Part shown: piece by piece, positions 1 to 8,515 of the stretch
How the letters are laid out: every line of letters begins with the position of its first letter
How positions within the stretch are numbered: the stretch's first letter is position 1
IMG/VR virus record: IMGVR_UViG_3300005837_002722
DNA length: 20,000 nt
DNA from: an uncultured virus (IMG/VR IMGVR_UViG_3300005837_002722)
Taxonomy: Duplodnaviria; Heunggongvirae; Uroviricota; Caudoviricetes
Direction: 5' to 3' (one strand)
Made by a program: the position numbers and the translations under genes
Notes under the pieces: generated by a model
Database searches by the model: none
Seen by the model: only the letters and a program-made list of their open reading frames with translations
Told to the model about the DNA's origin: nothing

Positions 1-363
1 CACTGCATTAAAACTGTTAATGGGTTTAGCAAGTTGTTCAATGTTAATTACACCACCTGATTCAAGTCTATCCAAAAATTTATTCATAGCACCATAGTCT
101 GAGTCTAGGCCTGCTATAATTTTTGTTATCTCTATTCGATGTGCCTCTTTGGCTTTGTCAGACATATATTCGTCTGCCATTGGTGAAGCAAAGGCCGAAT
201 TGATTTTGCCTGTAATTGATTCTGAGTTGAGTAATTTGTAAATTCTATCTAGTAGTGCGGCCTGCTGTTCGTCTTCTGCAGACAGTCCACTAATGGTTCT
301 AATAATGTTTTGCTTTTCCGACTCTAAGTCTTCGTATTCTTTTAAGATGTGTTTAATTAACAT
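1..363 (-). CDS. Partial ORF (runs off window start), late-promoter-driven hypothetical, possibly virion protein (MLIKHILKEYEDLESEKQNIIRTISGL...)
   Basis: ATG at 363, GAGGA SD at 371-375, TATAAATA at 387-394; frame open to the window edge; absent from the ORF track because it is truncated. Confidence 0.8.
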   Translation of the reverse strand, partial: MLIKHILKEYEDLESEKQNIIRTISGLSAEDEQQAALLDRIYKLLNSESITGKINSAFASPMADEYMSDKAKEAHRIEITKIIAGLDSDYGAMNKFLDRLESGGVINIEQLAKPINSFNAV

Positions 364-386
364 ATTACCGTCCTCTGCTTCTTATG

Positions 387-394
387 TATTTATA
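387..394 (-). promoter_or_regulatory. T4-type (gp55) late promoter TATAAATA
   Basis: Exact T4 late consensus just upstream of SD and ATG. Confidence 0.8.
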
Positions 395-1448
395 ACTTTT
401 CTTTGAAACTTTGGTGCATGTCATACTGCTTACGTTTGCTTTGCCCGCACATTTTGTTACATACATACTCTTTTAAGCCGTACATTTTGTCTTCCCACCC
501 CAATTCTTCAATATAATCTTCCATTTCATAGTAGTCCATGTCTTTAATACTGAGTTTTGGTAGTAGTATGCTTTTGCTGTGTCCTGCTGTATCATACCAA
601 CAACAGGGTGCAAAATGATTGGTTGCACTAATATATAAGTTGCCTGTACTAACACATTTAGGATTTATACTCTTTATATCTGTACGAATTCCATAACCTC
701 GTAAAGGATCTTGTTTAACAACTGACCCGGGTGTTAGTTGATGATTTGCTGTGTTGTGTTTGCCTATTTTAAATTGAGGATTTACTTTTATACGCTGATG
801 TAATTCTTCTTGTAGTCTTGGTCTTACTTCTTCACTTACAAGATTTAAATCTGTTGGCAAGTCTGGATCATCTATTCCCCACCATATACTTGAATATACT
901 GTATTGAATTCTGTTATGCCTAGATCTTTTGCTAACTGTCTTGCTTCATCAATTTGATGTTGATTATGATTAAACACAATAAACTTCCAAACACTTCTAA
1001 CATCACTAGCACCTACTTTTTCTAATGCTGTCATTATACTTGGCCAATCACAGTTTTGTCTATAGTAGTGATTTGTATCTTCTAGTCCATCAATTGAAAA
1101 TTGTATGTGATCACTTCTAGTGTGTACGTTTTCTATAAACTCGTCCCACCATCTAGCACTTCTATAACTGCCGTTGGTAGTCATACTAATTGCAATGTCT
1201 GGATTTAGTTCACGTATTTTATTTCTAAGTTTAATTAGTTCTGGATGGTATAATGGATCACCGTGATTACCACATAAGTTTACATTCATTATATCCCATT
1301 TGATAGGTTCCCAAAAACGTACAAGTGCATCTGGATCGATATCACTCATTCCATGTTTACCATAGTCATAGGCTTTTCTTGCACATTTGATACAACCTAG
1401 TGTACATCTATTGGTTGGCTCTATGTGCCATCTACTAAAATCAAACAT
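390..1448 (-). CDS. Radical SAM protein with C-terminal Cys-rich (SPASM/twitch-like) region
   Basis: EPTNRCTLGCIKC (CxxxCxxC), CGNHGDP, TTNGS, FSIDG motifs; later Cys cluster (KC...PCC...CNKMC). Confidence 0.9.
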   Translation of the reverse strand: MFDFSRWHIEPTNRCTLGCIKCARKAYDYGKHGMSDIDPDALVRFWEPIKWDIMNVNLCGNHGDPLYHPELIKLRNKIRELNPDIAISMTTNGSYRSARWWDEFIENVHTRSDHIQFSIDGLEDTNHYYRQNCDWPSIMTALEKVGASDVRSVWKFIVFNHNQHQIDEARQLAKDLGITEFNTVYSSIWWGIDDPDLPTDLNLVSEEVRPRLQEELHQRIKVNPQFKIGKHNTANHQLTPGSVVKQDPLRGYGIRTDIKSINPKCVSTGNLYISATNHFAPCCWYDTAGHSKSILLPKLSIKDMDYYEMEDYIEELGWEDKMYGLKEYVCNKMCGQSKRKQYDMHQSFKEKL

Positions 1449-1686
1449 TGTATGGATTATCTTTTACGTCTGCTACACGTTCTTTTGCACGTTTTCTTTC
1501 TTCAAGATAGTGTGCGAACTGTTGGTTTATTTTTGGATCATTGCACATTGCAACAAACATAGGTATTGCTATAGAGCGACATCCCAGAAATGCTAATCGG
1601 CCGTTCTGGTATATTACCCCTCTCGATCTTTCATCGTCCAACTGTAATGTATATTGGTTATGTTGATACAAGTTCCTGTATGGCAT
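1441..1686 (-). CDS. Hypothetical protein, 81 aa, probably leaderless late gene
   Basis: Overlaps radical SAM start by 8 nt; TTAAATACAAGT directly before ATG, no SD. Confidence 0.7.
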   Translation of the reverse strand: MPYRNLYQHNQYTLQLDDERSRGVIYQNGRLAFLGCRSIAIPMFVAMCNDPKINQQFAHYLEERKRAKERVADVKDNPYNV

Positions 1687-1690
1687 ACTT

Positions 1691-1698
1691 GTATTTAA
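1691..1698 (-). promoter_or_regulatory. Late promoter variant TTAAATAC
   Basis: TAAATA core 5 nt upstream of ATG 1686. Confidence 0.6.
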
Positions 1699-1714
1699 TC
1701 AAGAGGGGCATATT

Positions 1715-2263
1715 TTATGGATGGTCGTTCTGTCTTTTGCGAAGATATTCTACACAATTTTCAGGTGTAGTTTCAATATATGGATCTTCGTCTTCACCAT
1801 TGTTATTGATTCCTGGTTCTTGCCACCACTTTTCAATAACACCGTCATTAATGATTGCCATATAACGCCAAGAACGCATACCAAATCCTAAATGGTTTTT
1901 ACCAATTAACATTCCCATGTAACGTGTAAAGTTACCAGAACCATCTGGAATAACTTTTACGTTTTTAATTTCTTGTTGTTTTGCCCAAGCATTCATTACG
2001 AAGGCATCGTTAACACTCATGCAGTAAACTTCATCAATACCCATTGACTTAATTTCTTCATAGTGTTCTTCAAAACCCGGTAACTGATATGTGGAACATG
2101 TTGGGGTAAATGCTCCAGGTAGACTAAACAGTACAATACGTTTACCATGTAGTAAACTATCGCTGGTTACGTCTTGCCAGCGGAAGGGGTTTGGACCTTC
2201 AATACTCTCGTCTCTGACTCGAGTTCTAAATACCACACAAGGTGGTTTAAAGCCTTCAATCAT
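1715..2263 (-). CDS. Peroxiredoxin, Prx5/redoxin family
   Basis: LPGAFTPTCS active site, SVNDAFVM, PDGSG, RSWRY motifs; AGGAGA SD. Confidence 0.95.
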   Translation of the reverse strand: MIEGFKPPCVVFRTRVRDESIEGPNPFRWQDVTSDSLLHGKRIVLFSLPGAFTPTCSTYQLPGFEEHYEEIKSMGIDEVYCMSVNDAFVMNAWAKQQEIKNVKVIPDGSGNFTRYMGMLIGKNHLGFGMRSWRYMAIINDGVIEKWWQEPGINNNGEDEDPYIETTPENCVEYLRKRQNDHP

Positions 2264-2288
2264 GTGTGTGTCTCCTCATTGGTTGGCT

Positions 2289-2465
2289 TTACATTGAGTT
2301 CTTTTTCTCTTGGATCTCTTTACGGCGTTCTTTAACCGCTTTTCCAATTTCGCCCAATGCTTTACGAGCACGAGTTGCCGCGGCTTTTACGCCTTTGGTT
2401 TCAAATGCTTCGCTCTCTTTTAGGTATTCTTCGTATTGTGATACGATCGTTTCATGTGTACTCAT
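2289..2465 (-). CDS. Small basic histone H1-like (Hc1-type) protein, 58 aa, missed by ORF track: [58 protein letters not shown]
   Basis: ATGA overlap with guaC stop, [22 protein letters not shown] motif typical of the small Hc1-like family. Confidence 0.8.
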   Translation of the reverse strand: MSTHETIVSQYEEYLKESEAFETKGVKAAATRARKALGEIGKAVKERRKEIQEKKNSM

Positions 2466-3583
2466 GTTTCGTTCTCCTTATAAATTTCGTTAAGTTGTTG
2501 TGTAACTCTAACGAACGTTGTACATTTGCTCAAGTGTTTGAGTCTTACTGCACCTGCGTAGGTACATGCAGAACGGATACCACCAAGCATATCTTGTACA
2601 GTGCCAGCAACTGGACCTCTGTAAGGAACAAGAACTTCTCGTCCTTCACTGCTACGGTATTCTTTTAATCCGCCAAAATGTTTTTCATTTGCCGCTTTAC
2701 TGCTCATTCCGTAAAACTGCACAAATTTTCTTTCTTCAGTCCTGCGACTGACTTTAGTTTCACTAACTTCTTGTGTAACAAATTCTTTAGTAATTACTTC
2801 GCCACCACCTTCGTTATGTCCGGCTAACATACCCCCAAGCATAACAAAGTCTGCACCTCCTGCAAAGGCTTTGGCAACGTCACCTGGGCAAGTACAACCG
2901 CCATCAGCAATAATATGTCCGCCAAGGCCATGAGCACTATCAGCACACTCAATAACGGCGGAAAGTTGGGGATATCCAACACCCGTCTTGAGCCTAGTAG
3001 TACAAACGCTACCAGGTCCAATACCAACTTTAACAATATCAGCGCCACTTAAGATTAACTCCTCGGTCATTTCACCAGTAACAACATTACCAGCAATAAT
3101 CACTACGTTAGGGTAGTCTGTACGAATATCTCTTACAAAATGTGCAAATCGTTCTGAATAGCCATTTGCAACATCAATACAAACGTATTTAAGTGTTCCG
3201 TTAACTTTTGTGTATACTTGGTCGAATTTATTAGCATCACTGTCTGTAATACCAATGCTCATTGCTACATATTCTGTGCGTTCTTCCATACCACTTGTAA
3301 AGTAGTTGACTAGTTCATCTACTGTGTATGTTTTAACCAAGCAGGTCATCATCTTTGCTTCTGCAAGTTTGTCAGCCATTTCAAATGTGCCAACACCATC
3401 CATATTAGCGGCAATGATAGGAACACCTCTAAAGTGTTTTGCACCACTGTCTGCAAATGGTTTATAGTTACGGAATACAAAGCCACGTTCTAGATCTACT
3501 TCTTTACGTGAACCTAGTGTACTACGTTTAGGACGAATAAGAACGTCCTTGTAGTCTAGTTTAATATCTTCTTCAATTCTCAT
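2462..3583 (-). CDS. guaC: GMP reductase
   Basis: [24 protein letters not shown]-terminus, [32 protein letters not shown]. Confidence 0.97.
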   Translation of the reverse strand: MRIEEDIKLDYKDVLIRPKRSTLGSRKEVDLERGFVFRNYKPFADSGAKHFRGVPIIAANMDGVGTFEMADKLAEAKMMTCLVKTYTVDELVNYFTSGMEERTEYVAMSIGITDSDANKFDQVYTKVNGTLKYVCIDVANGYSERFAHFVRDIRTDYPNVVIIAGNVVTGEMTEELILSGADIVKVGIGPGSVCTTRLKTGVGYPQLSAVIECADSAHGLGGHIIADGGCTCPGDVAKAFAGGADFVMLGGMLAGHNEGGGEVITKEFVTQEVSETKVSRRTEERKFVQFYGMSSKAANEKHFGGLKEYRSSEGREVLVPYRGPVAGTVQDMLGGIRSACTYAGAVRLKHLSKCTTFVRVTQQLNEIYKENET

Positions 3584-3993
3584 TGTGCAAGGATCCTTTC
3601 CTGTGCTTCGATAATTTCTTCAGTGCTAAAAATACCGTTACGGCGATTTGCTTCTGGATCAACATACTTTTGTTTCTCTGGAATAACGCCTCTAACGCCA
3701 CCACGTGGATCTTCCATGTCACCTTTGCGTCTAGGGATAAGATGAACATGTGGATACATAACAGTTTGTCCTGCTTCTGATCCAATGTTCTGTCCTATGT
3801 TGTATGCATCACAGTATTCGCTCTGCACCCAATCATATCCCCAAGCATATGCGGCTTTGTAGCAAGCCGCCAACTTGTCCCAAGTTTCTTCTTTGGGTAC
3901 GAAAAGAATGTGGCCTTCTGTTACTGGAAAGCCATCCTTGTAAACCGTGTAGTCACGGGTATCGATTACTACATCTTTCCAAGGTAGTTTCAT
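3580..3993 (-). CDS. HIT-family nucleotide hydrolase
   Basis: [13 protein letters not shown] and [19 protein letters not shown] histidine-triad region. Confidence 0.92.
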   Translation of the reverse strand: MKLPWKDVVIDTRDYTVYKDGFPVTEGHILFVPKEETWDKLAACYKAAYAWGYDWVQSEYCDAYNIGQNIGSEAGQTVMYPHVHLIPRRKGDMEDPRGGVRGVIPEKQKYVDPEANRRNGIFSTEEIIEAQERILAQ

Positions 3994-4224
3994 TTACTTT
4001 TCCTGTTTAAGTTCTTCTGCATTTTTATGTTGTTCTAGTTGTCTGCAAGTGTCCGCATCTGCTTTAAGACCATCTGACTTACTGTACAACCAAACATAAC
4101 TATATGCAACTTGTCCATTATTTGTTTCAGAACACTTTTTACCAAATGCCACTCTTGGCTCTTTTGGAATACTACAGCCGGCTAATACCAACAGTGCTAG
4201 TGTACCTATAATGAATGACTTCAT
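3994..4224 (-). CDS. Small lipoprotein
   Basis: MK + hydrophobic stretch + LAGC lipobox. Confidence 0.75.
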   Translation of the reverse strand: MKSFIIGTLALLVLAGCSIPKEPRVAFGKKCSETNNGQVAYSYVWLYSKSDGLKADADTCRQLEQHKNAEELKQEK

Positions 4225-4469
4225 ATAACCTCCGGTTCATTCTCTTTGTTTGCATGACGTAATACATCTTCGCGTTTGAAAAGGCCACTAATATAATTAA
4301 AGGCGGCATCTTCAACATACGTTATGCTATTCTTGGGATACTTGATCGTTGCGAAACGTTCACCATCCTCCTCGAATTCTATTTGATATACACCATCAAT
4401 TTCGTCGATGTGTGCAACTAATTTTTCTTCTTTATTCTCGTAATAAAACGGACCTCTCATAAAAGGCAT
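4221..4469 (-). CDS. Hypothetical protein, acidic, 82 aa
   Basis: ATGA overlap with downstream gene; fits operon packing. Confidence 0.7.
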   Translation of the reverse strand: MPFMRGPFYYENKEEKLVAHIDEIDGVYQIEFEEDGERFATIKYPKNSITYVEDAAFNYISGLFKREDVLRHANKENEPEVI

Positions 4470-4474
4470 AACAT

Positions 4475-4705
4475 TTACTTTCTCCGAGCAAGTGGTTCTC
4501 GGTGTGATTCAGGAAGGTCAGATGACTTTACAACAAATTCGAATCCTGCCATATTGCCAATGTACTTCCCACGTTCAAACAACATCTTTACTTTTACAGT
4601 ATTGATGACTGCTTCTAAAAATTGTCCATCTCTACGTTGTAACAGATAACCATCAACATATTGATCTCTATCTGTACACCAAATTTTAATTGAGTCCGTT
4701 GTCAT
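4475..4705 (-). CDS. Hypothetical protein (likely start MTTDSIKIW at 4705)
   Basis: Part of ORF 4475..4774; the downstream ATG minimises overlap with the upstream gene. Confidence 0.65.
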   Translation of the reverse strand: MTTDSIKIWCTDRDQYVDGYLLQRRDGQFLEAVINTVKVKMLFERGKYIGNMAGFEFVVKSSDLPESHREPLARRK

Positions 4706-5051
4706 TTTTAAACCTATATAACCTTTCTTGTATACCTTCAACCCATTGCGTTGTTGCAGTTGGGCCAACACCATAATGATGTTCTAATAAACTTTTAAGT
4801 CCTACACTAATCAGTGCCATATCCCTAGTGAATTGTTCTTCGTTAGGGTCGTACTGATCTGGTACAGTAATTTTCTTATCTACTCTAAGAGCATACAATA
4901 AAATCTGTACTAGGTCCACAACGTCTTTATGGACTTCTTCTTCCCAATCAAACTCTGGGGGATTTAACGGTGATTCGTCAATGTTCTTCTTTGTAAAGAA
5001 GTTAATTACATTTTCATTGTTCAAGGATCTAACTTTCTTTTTTCTATTCAT
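4686..5051 (-). CDS. Hypothetical early protein, 121 aa
   Basis: First gene behind a consensus sigma70 promoter. Confidence 0.75.
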   Translation of the reverse strand: MNRKKKVRSLNNENVINFFTKKNIDESPLNPPEFDWEEEVHKDVVDLVQILLYALRVDKKITVPDQYDPNEEQFTRDMALISVGLKSLLEHHYGVGPTATTQWVEGIQERLYRFKNDNGLN

Positions 5052-5059
5052 GTAGTTAG

Positions 5060-5088
5060 ATTATAAATGATTTTGTTCAGTTTGTCAA
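5060..5088 (-). promoter_or_regulatory. sigma70-type early promoter TTGACA-N17-TATAAT
   Basis: -35 at 5083-5088, -10 at 5060-5065, perfect consensus. Confidence 0.9.
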
Positions 5089-5406
5089 CTATATTTTTTG
5101 CACTTCTACCTGTAATGGGTGTCCGCTGGCTCTTGCGAATGTAATCGCTTCAGCACATTTTTGTTCTGCTAGTTCATAGTAGTACTCGCCTACTATTGCT
5201 TTGTCTTCTTCGTGAATTTTGATTGTTAATGCTTTGCTTTGCTCGACTGTGTGGTGAAATAAACTTACTAATAGTTCTACAACAAAGTCCATAGGAGTGT
5301 AATCATCATTGTGCATGATTACTGCATACTTTGGAATTTTAATATTTGCTGGTTGATCTTTTACTACTGTCTCTGTAGTAGTTTGCGTCTGCGTATCTGT
5401 TGTCAT
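5089..5406 (-). CDS. clpS: ClpS N-degron adaptor
   Basis: YAVIMHNDDYTPMDFVVELL, IHEEDKAIVG, ELAEQK, GHPL. Confidence 0.95.
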   Translation of the reverse strand: MTTDTQTQTTTETVVKDQPANIKIPKYAVIMHNDDYTPMDFVVELLVSLFHHTVEQSKALTIKIHEEDKAIVGEYYYELAEQKCAEAITFARASGHPLQVEVQKI

Positions 5407-5423
5407 TTTTCCTATTACCTTTT

Positions 5424-5450
5424 GGGGGTACTGCCGAAGCAGTACCTCCC
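5424..5450 (-). other. Stable cUUCGg hairpin between hsp20 and clpS
   Basis: GGGAGGTACTGC-TTCG-GCAGTACCCCC; no U-tract follows on the minus strand. Confidence 0.7.
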
Positions 5451-5469
5451 GTTGACCCAGTTTTGTACT

Positions 5470-5907
5470 TTAGCCTTTGATAGCAATCTTTTTAGGTTGC
5501 TTCTCTTCTGGCACGTTGCGTACTAGCGAAACATTTAAGATACCATCTTTGAAAGATGAATCTTTTACTTCCATGTAGTCTGCAAGTTTAAAAGTACGTT
5601 TGAATTGACGTGTACCAATTCCCTTGTGTAGATAGTTAGCACTATCTTCTTTGTCGGAAATTTTACCTTCAATTGCTAATTCACCGTCATGTATTGTGAT
5701 CTCCAAATCGTCTTTGCTAAATCCAGCAACTGCTAAAGAGATTGTATACTCTTCTTTGTCGCTATCTTTTACAATGTTGTATGGAGGATAACCGCCATTT
5801 GTGTTTGGTGAATTTTCAAACATTCTATCCATGTCTTCGAACAGTCTGTCGAATCCTACGAATGAACGATGAAATGGGGTTAAGTCGAGAGTTGTTAGTC
5901 TTGTCAT
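5470..5907 (-). CDS. Small heat-shock protein Hsp20 (IbpA-like)
   Basis: GFDRLF, YPPYNI, LAVAGF, YLHKGI, F.R.F.L, PEEKQPKKIAI. Confidence 0.95.
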   Translation of the reverse strand: MTRLTTLDLTPFHRSFVGFDRLFEDMDRMFENSPNTNGGYPPYNIVKDSDKEEYTISLAVAGFSKDDLEITIHDGELAIEGKISDKEDSANYLHKGIGTRQFKRTFKLADYMEVKDSSFKDGILNVSLVRNVPEEKQPKKIAIKG

Positions 5908-5912
5908 TGTTT

Positions 5913-5957
5913 TCTCCTTTTAATAAGCAAGATTAATATTGGACCCTTTCGGCATCC
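5913..5957 (-). promoter_or_regulatory. ROSE-like RNA thermometer in the hsp20 leader
   Basis: UCUUGCUU-AUUAA-AAGGAGA hairpin sequesters the SD with a bulged G (U(U/C)GCU motif); upstream hairpin GGAUGCC-GAAA-GGGUCC. Confidence 0.75.
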
Positions 5958-5994
5958 TATACACACATGTTGCTTTACATGCATATATTCTCTT

Positions 5995-6023
5995 ATTGTA
6001 GTACATCATTAACACTTTGTCAA
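5995..6023 (-). promoter_or_regulatory. sigma70-type promoter TTGACA-N17-TACAAT for hsp20 (late-type ATAAATA also at 6040-6046)
   Basis: -35 at 6018-6023, -10 at 5995-6000. Confidence 0.8.
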
Positions 6024-6054
6024 CCATTTACTACAAAGTTATTTATCACAGATC

Positions 6055-6315
6055 TTAGTCAATTAAACCTTGATCACGTAATTTTTGTTGTTTCTTCTGC
6101 CAACGTCTAGTTGCTTGATTCTTTTCAAATCGCTTCTTGTCGCTGGGTTTTGTGTAATATTGACGGTCCCTTACTTCCTTAATGATGCCTTCATTATTCA
6201 TTAACTTTTTAAGTCTACGAATCGCTTTGTTTACATCATTGTTGCGAACTTCTACTGTGAGTCCACGTTTAGGACGGTCATCAAAGCGTGGTCTTTGTCT
6301 ATAGTTATTTTGCAC
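6055..6315 (-). CDS. rpsU: Ribosomal protein bS21
   Basis: VEVRNNDVNKAIRRLKK...GIIKEVRDRQYYTKPSDKKR. Confidence 0.93.
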   Translation of the reverse strand: MQNNYRQRPRFDDRPKRGLTVEVRNNDVNKAIRRLKKLMNNEGIIKEVRDRQYYTKPSDKKRFEKNQATRRWQKKQQKLRDQGLID

Positions 6316-6850
6316 GTTTTAATACTCCTAATAGTCTGTTTCCGGCAAACGAGGGTTTAGTTTCCCATTCACAATCTTCTACCATTTCTAGTATCTTAGT
6401 GCAAATAGCAAAACCGTTATCCTTGTGAGCCATCTCACGACCTCTAAATCGGATCATGATTCTAACCTTGTCACCGTCTTCGATGAACTCACGGATCTTC
6501 TTAAATTTGACTTCCATGTCGCTTTCACCTATCATAGGTCTAAACTGTATTTCATGGACGTCAACACGATTAGCACGAGCCTGTTTAGCACGTTCTTTTT
6601 CGCGTTTCTTTTGCTCATATTGATGTTTGCCAAACTCAATAATTTTGCAAACTGGTGGATCGGCTTTTTCTGTAACCAGAACTAAATCTAGTCCTTGCTC
6701 TTTTGCAAGGCTTACCGCACGGTCTTTATTCATTATACCTAGTTGCTCGCCATCTCGGCCAGTAACTCTTACTTCTCTGTGCTTAATAAAATGATTAATG
6801 GGCACACGAGGTTCGTGTTTTTTGTTAAACCTTTTCATTACTCTCAGCAT
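6305..6850 (-). CDS. infC: Translation initiation factor IF-3
   Basis: INHFIKHREVRV, GEQLGIM, GLDLVLV, PPVCKI, EIQFRP, GDKVR, FRGRE; GGAG SD before AUG. Confidence 0.96.
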   Translation of the reverse strand: MLRVMKRFNKKHEPRVPINHFIKHREVRVTGRDGEQLGIMNKDRAVSLAKEQGLDLVLVTEKADPPVCKIIEFGKHQYEQKKREKERAKQARANRVDVHEIQFRPMIGESDMEVKFKKIREFIEDGDKVRIMIRFRGREMAHKDNGFAICTKILEMVEDCEWETKPSFAGNRLLGVLKRAK

Positions 6851-8078
6851 GTTTCTCCGTGTTGTATAGTATCATTGGTTCTGTTTTCTCCTTTACATGT
6901 TCGCCGTTTACTACTACTTTGTTTGCACCTTGTAGTGCAATATCTGGTAGTACAAATTGTGTGCTTTTTAACACTGCTTCTACAATACTTCGCAGGCCTC
7001 TAGCACCTGTATTACTTTCAGATGCTTGTTCTGCAATAACATCTATAGCATCGTCAGTAAACTCTAGTTCAACACCATCTAATTTAAATAGGCGTTGATA
7101 TTGTAGTATAATACTATTTCGTGTATCTGTCAAGACTTTTCTTAAATCTTCTTTAGAAAGTGGGTGTAAACCTGTGATTACAGGAAGTCTACCTACTAGT
7201 TCTGGAATCAATCCGTATTTTACTAGATCATCTGGCTCAATATTATTCAAGATATCTTGGTCCATATGTGTCTTTTCTTTGGGTAGATCTTTACCAAAAC
7301 CAATACCAGCATTTGAATTAAGTCTACGACTAATTGTTTCTTCCATACCTACAAACGCACCGCCTACAATAAACAGTATGTCTGATGTGTCTACATCAAT
7401 TAGTTGCCCTTGTGGATGCTTTCTACCACCCTCTGGAGGTACTCTTACTTTTGTACCTTCAATAATTTTTAGCAGAGCCTGTTGCACACCTTCACCTGAT
7501 ACATCTCTAGTAATTGAAGTGCTTTCTGATTTACGACTCTTTTTATCAATCTCATCAATATATATGATACCACGTTGTGCGGCATTGATATCTCCGCCGG
7601 CTGTGTGTATCAATCTTACAATAACGTTTTCTACATCATCACCTACATAACCTGCTTCAGTAAGTGTAGTAGCATCAGCAATAGCAAATGGTACATCTAA
7701 ATAGTTTGCAATTGTTTTTGCCAGTAGTGTTTTACCAGAACCACTTGGTCCAAGCATTAATACATTTGACTTTTCAATTTCAACTTCATTTGGATCTTTG
7801 TTGTTGATGCGTTTATAATGATTGTATACTGCAATACTTAAAACTTCTTTAGCATCACTTTGTCCAACCACATATTTTTCTAAGTAATCGAATAATGCTT
7901 TAGGACTAGGTACTCCTTGATCTTTGCCTTTGTTAATGTGTATTTCTTTTACAATAATATCATGACAAAGGTCAACACATTCATTACAAATGTATACCTC
8001 TGGTCCTGCTATTAGTTTAGAAATTTCTTTTTGTGTTTTACCACAAAAACTACAACTTAGGTCTTGTACACTATTCAT
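6825..8078 (-). CDS. clpX: ClpX AAA+ unfoldase (likely start MNSVQDLSCSFCGK at 8078)
   Basis: C4 Zn domain CSFC...CNEC, Walker A GPSGSGKT, GYVG pore-1, DEIDK, RDVSGEGVQQ pore-2, RKH loop, IGF loop, TGARGLR. Confidence 0.98.
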   Translation of the reverse strand: MNSVQDLSCSFCGKTQKEISKLIAGPEVYICNECVDLCHDIIVKEIHINKGKDQGVPSPKALFDYLEKYVVGQSDAKEVLSIAVYNHYKRINNKDPNEVEIEKSNVLMLGPSGSGKTLLAKTIANYLDVPFAIADATTLTEAGYVGDDVENVIVRLIHTAGGDINAAQRGIIYIDEIDKKSRKSESTSITRDVSGEGVQQALLKIIEGTKVRVPPEGGRKHPQGQLIDVDTSDILFIVGGAFVGMEETISRRLNSNAGIGFGKDLPKEKTHMDQDILNNIEPDDLVKYGLIPELVGRLPVITGLHPLSKEDLRKVLTDTRNSIILQYQRLFKLDGVELEFTDDAIDVIAEQASESNTGARGLRSIVEAVLKSTQFVLPDIALQGANKVVVNGEHVKEKTEPMILYNTEKHAESNEKV

Positions 8079-8505
8079 TATCCATCTCCGTTCGTAGTGC
8101 ATACTCAACTAGGTCCATGCTTCTAAATATAGGACATCTACCTACTGTGTTCATAACTGTGAGTATTGATGTGTTTTTTTCTTGTTCACTGAATAACCAT
8201 GTGTTTGTATAATCTGCACGACTACATGCAAATGCAACTTCAATTGGATTGATCAAATCAAAGTTTACAAACACAATATCAGCATGACTGATGTTGGCTT
8301 GTGCCCAGGGAATTTCTTTTTCGCTGATCGGATTTGGTGTATAGTAATGACTTATTGCAATCTTTTGATAGACGTTTTCTGCAATATTAATTATACGTTG
8401 TTTCCATTCTTCGCTACCACCAAGGTAGTAAAAACGTAGTCCGTGATCTGGAAGGAATAAGTCAGGTGGAGTTATGTATAATACTTCTCCGGTTTTCTCA
8501 GTCAT
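8071..8505 (-). CDS. Hypothetical protein, 144 aa
   Basis: Overlaps clpX start, fits operon; no motif recognised. Confidence 0.75.
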   Translation of the reverse strand: MTEKTGEVLYITPPDLFLPDHGLRFYYLGGSEEWKQRIINIAENVYQKIAISHYYTPNPISEKEIPWAQANISHADIVFVNFDLINPIEVAFACSRADYTNTWLFSEQEKNTSILTVMNTVGRCPIFRSMDLVEYALRTEMDNE

Positions 8506-8515
8506 GAGTTTGCCA

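Noticed and set aside
5424..5450. Intrinsic terminator after hsp20
   Set aside because: The hairpin is followed by AAAAGG, not a U tract; kept only as a stabilising or processing hairpin
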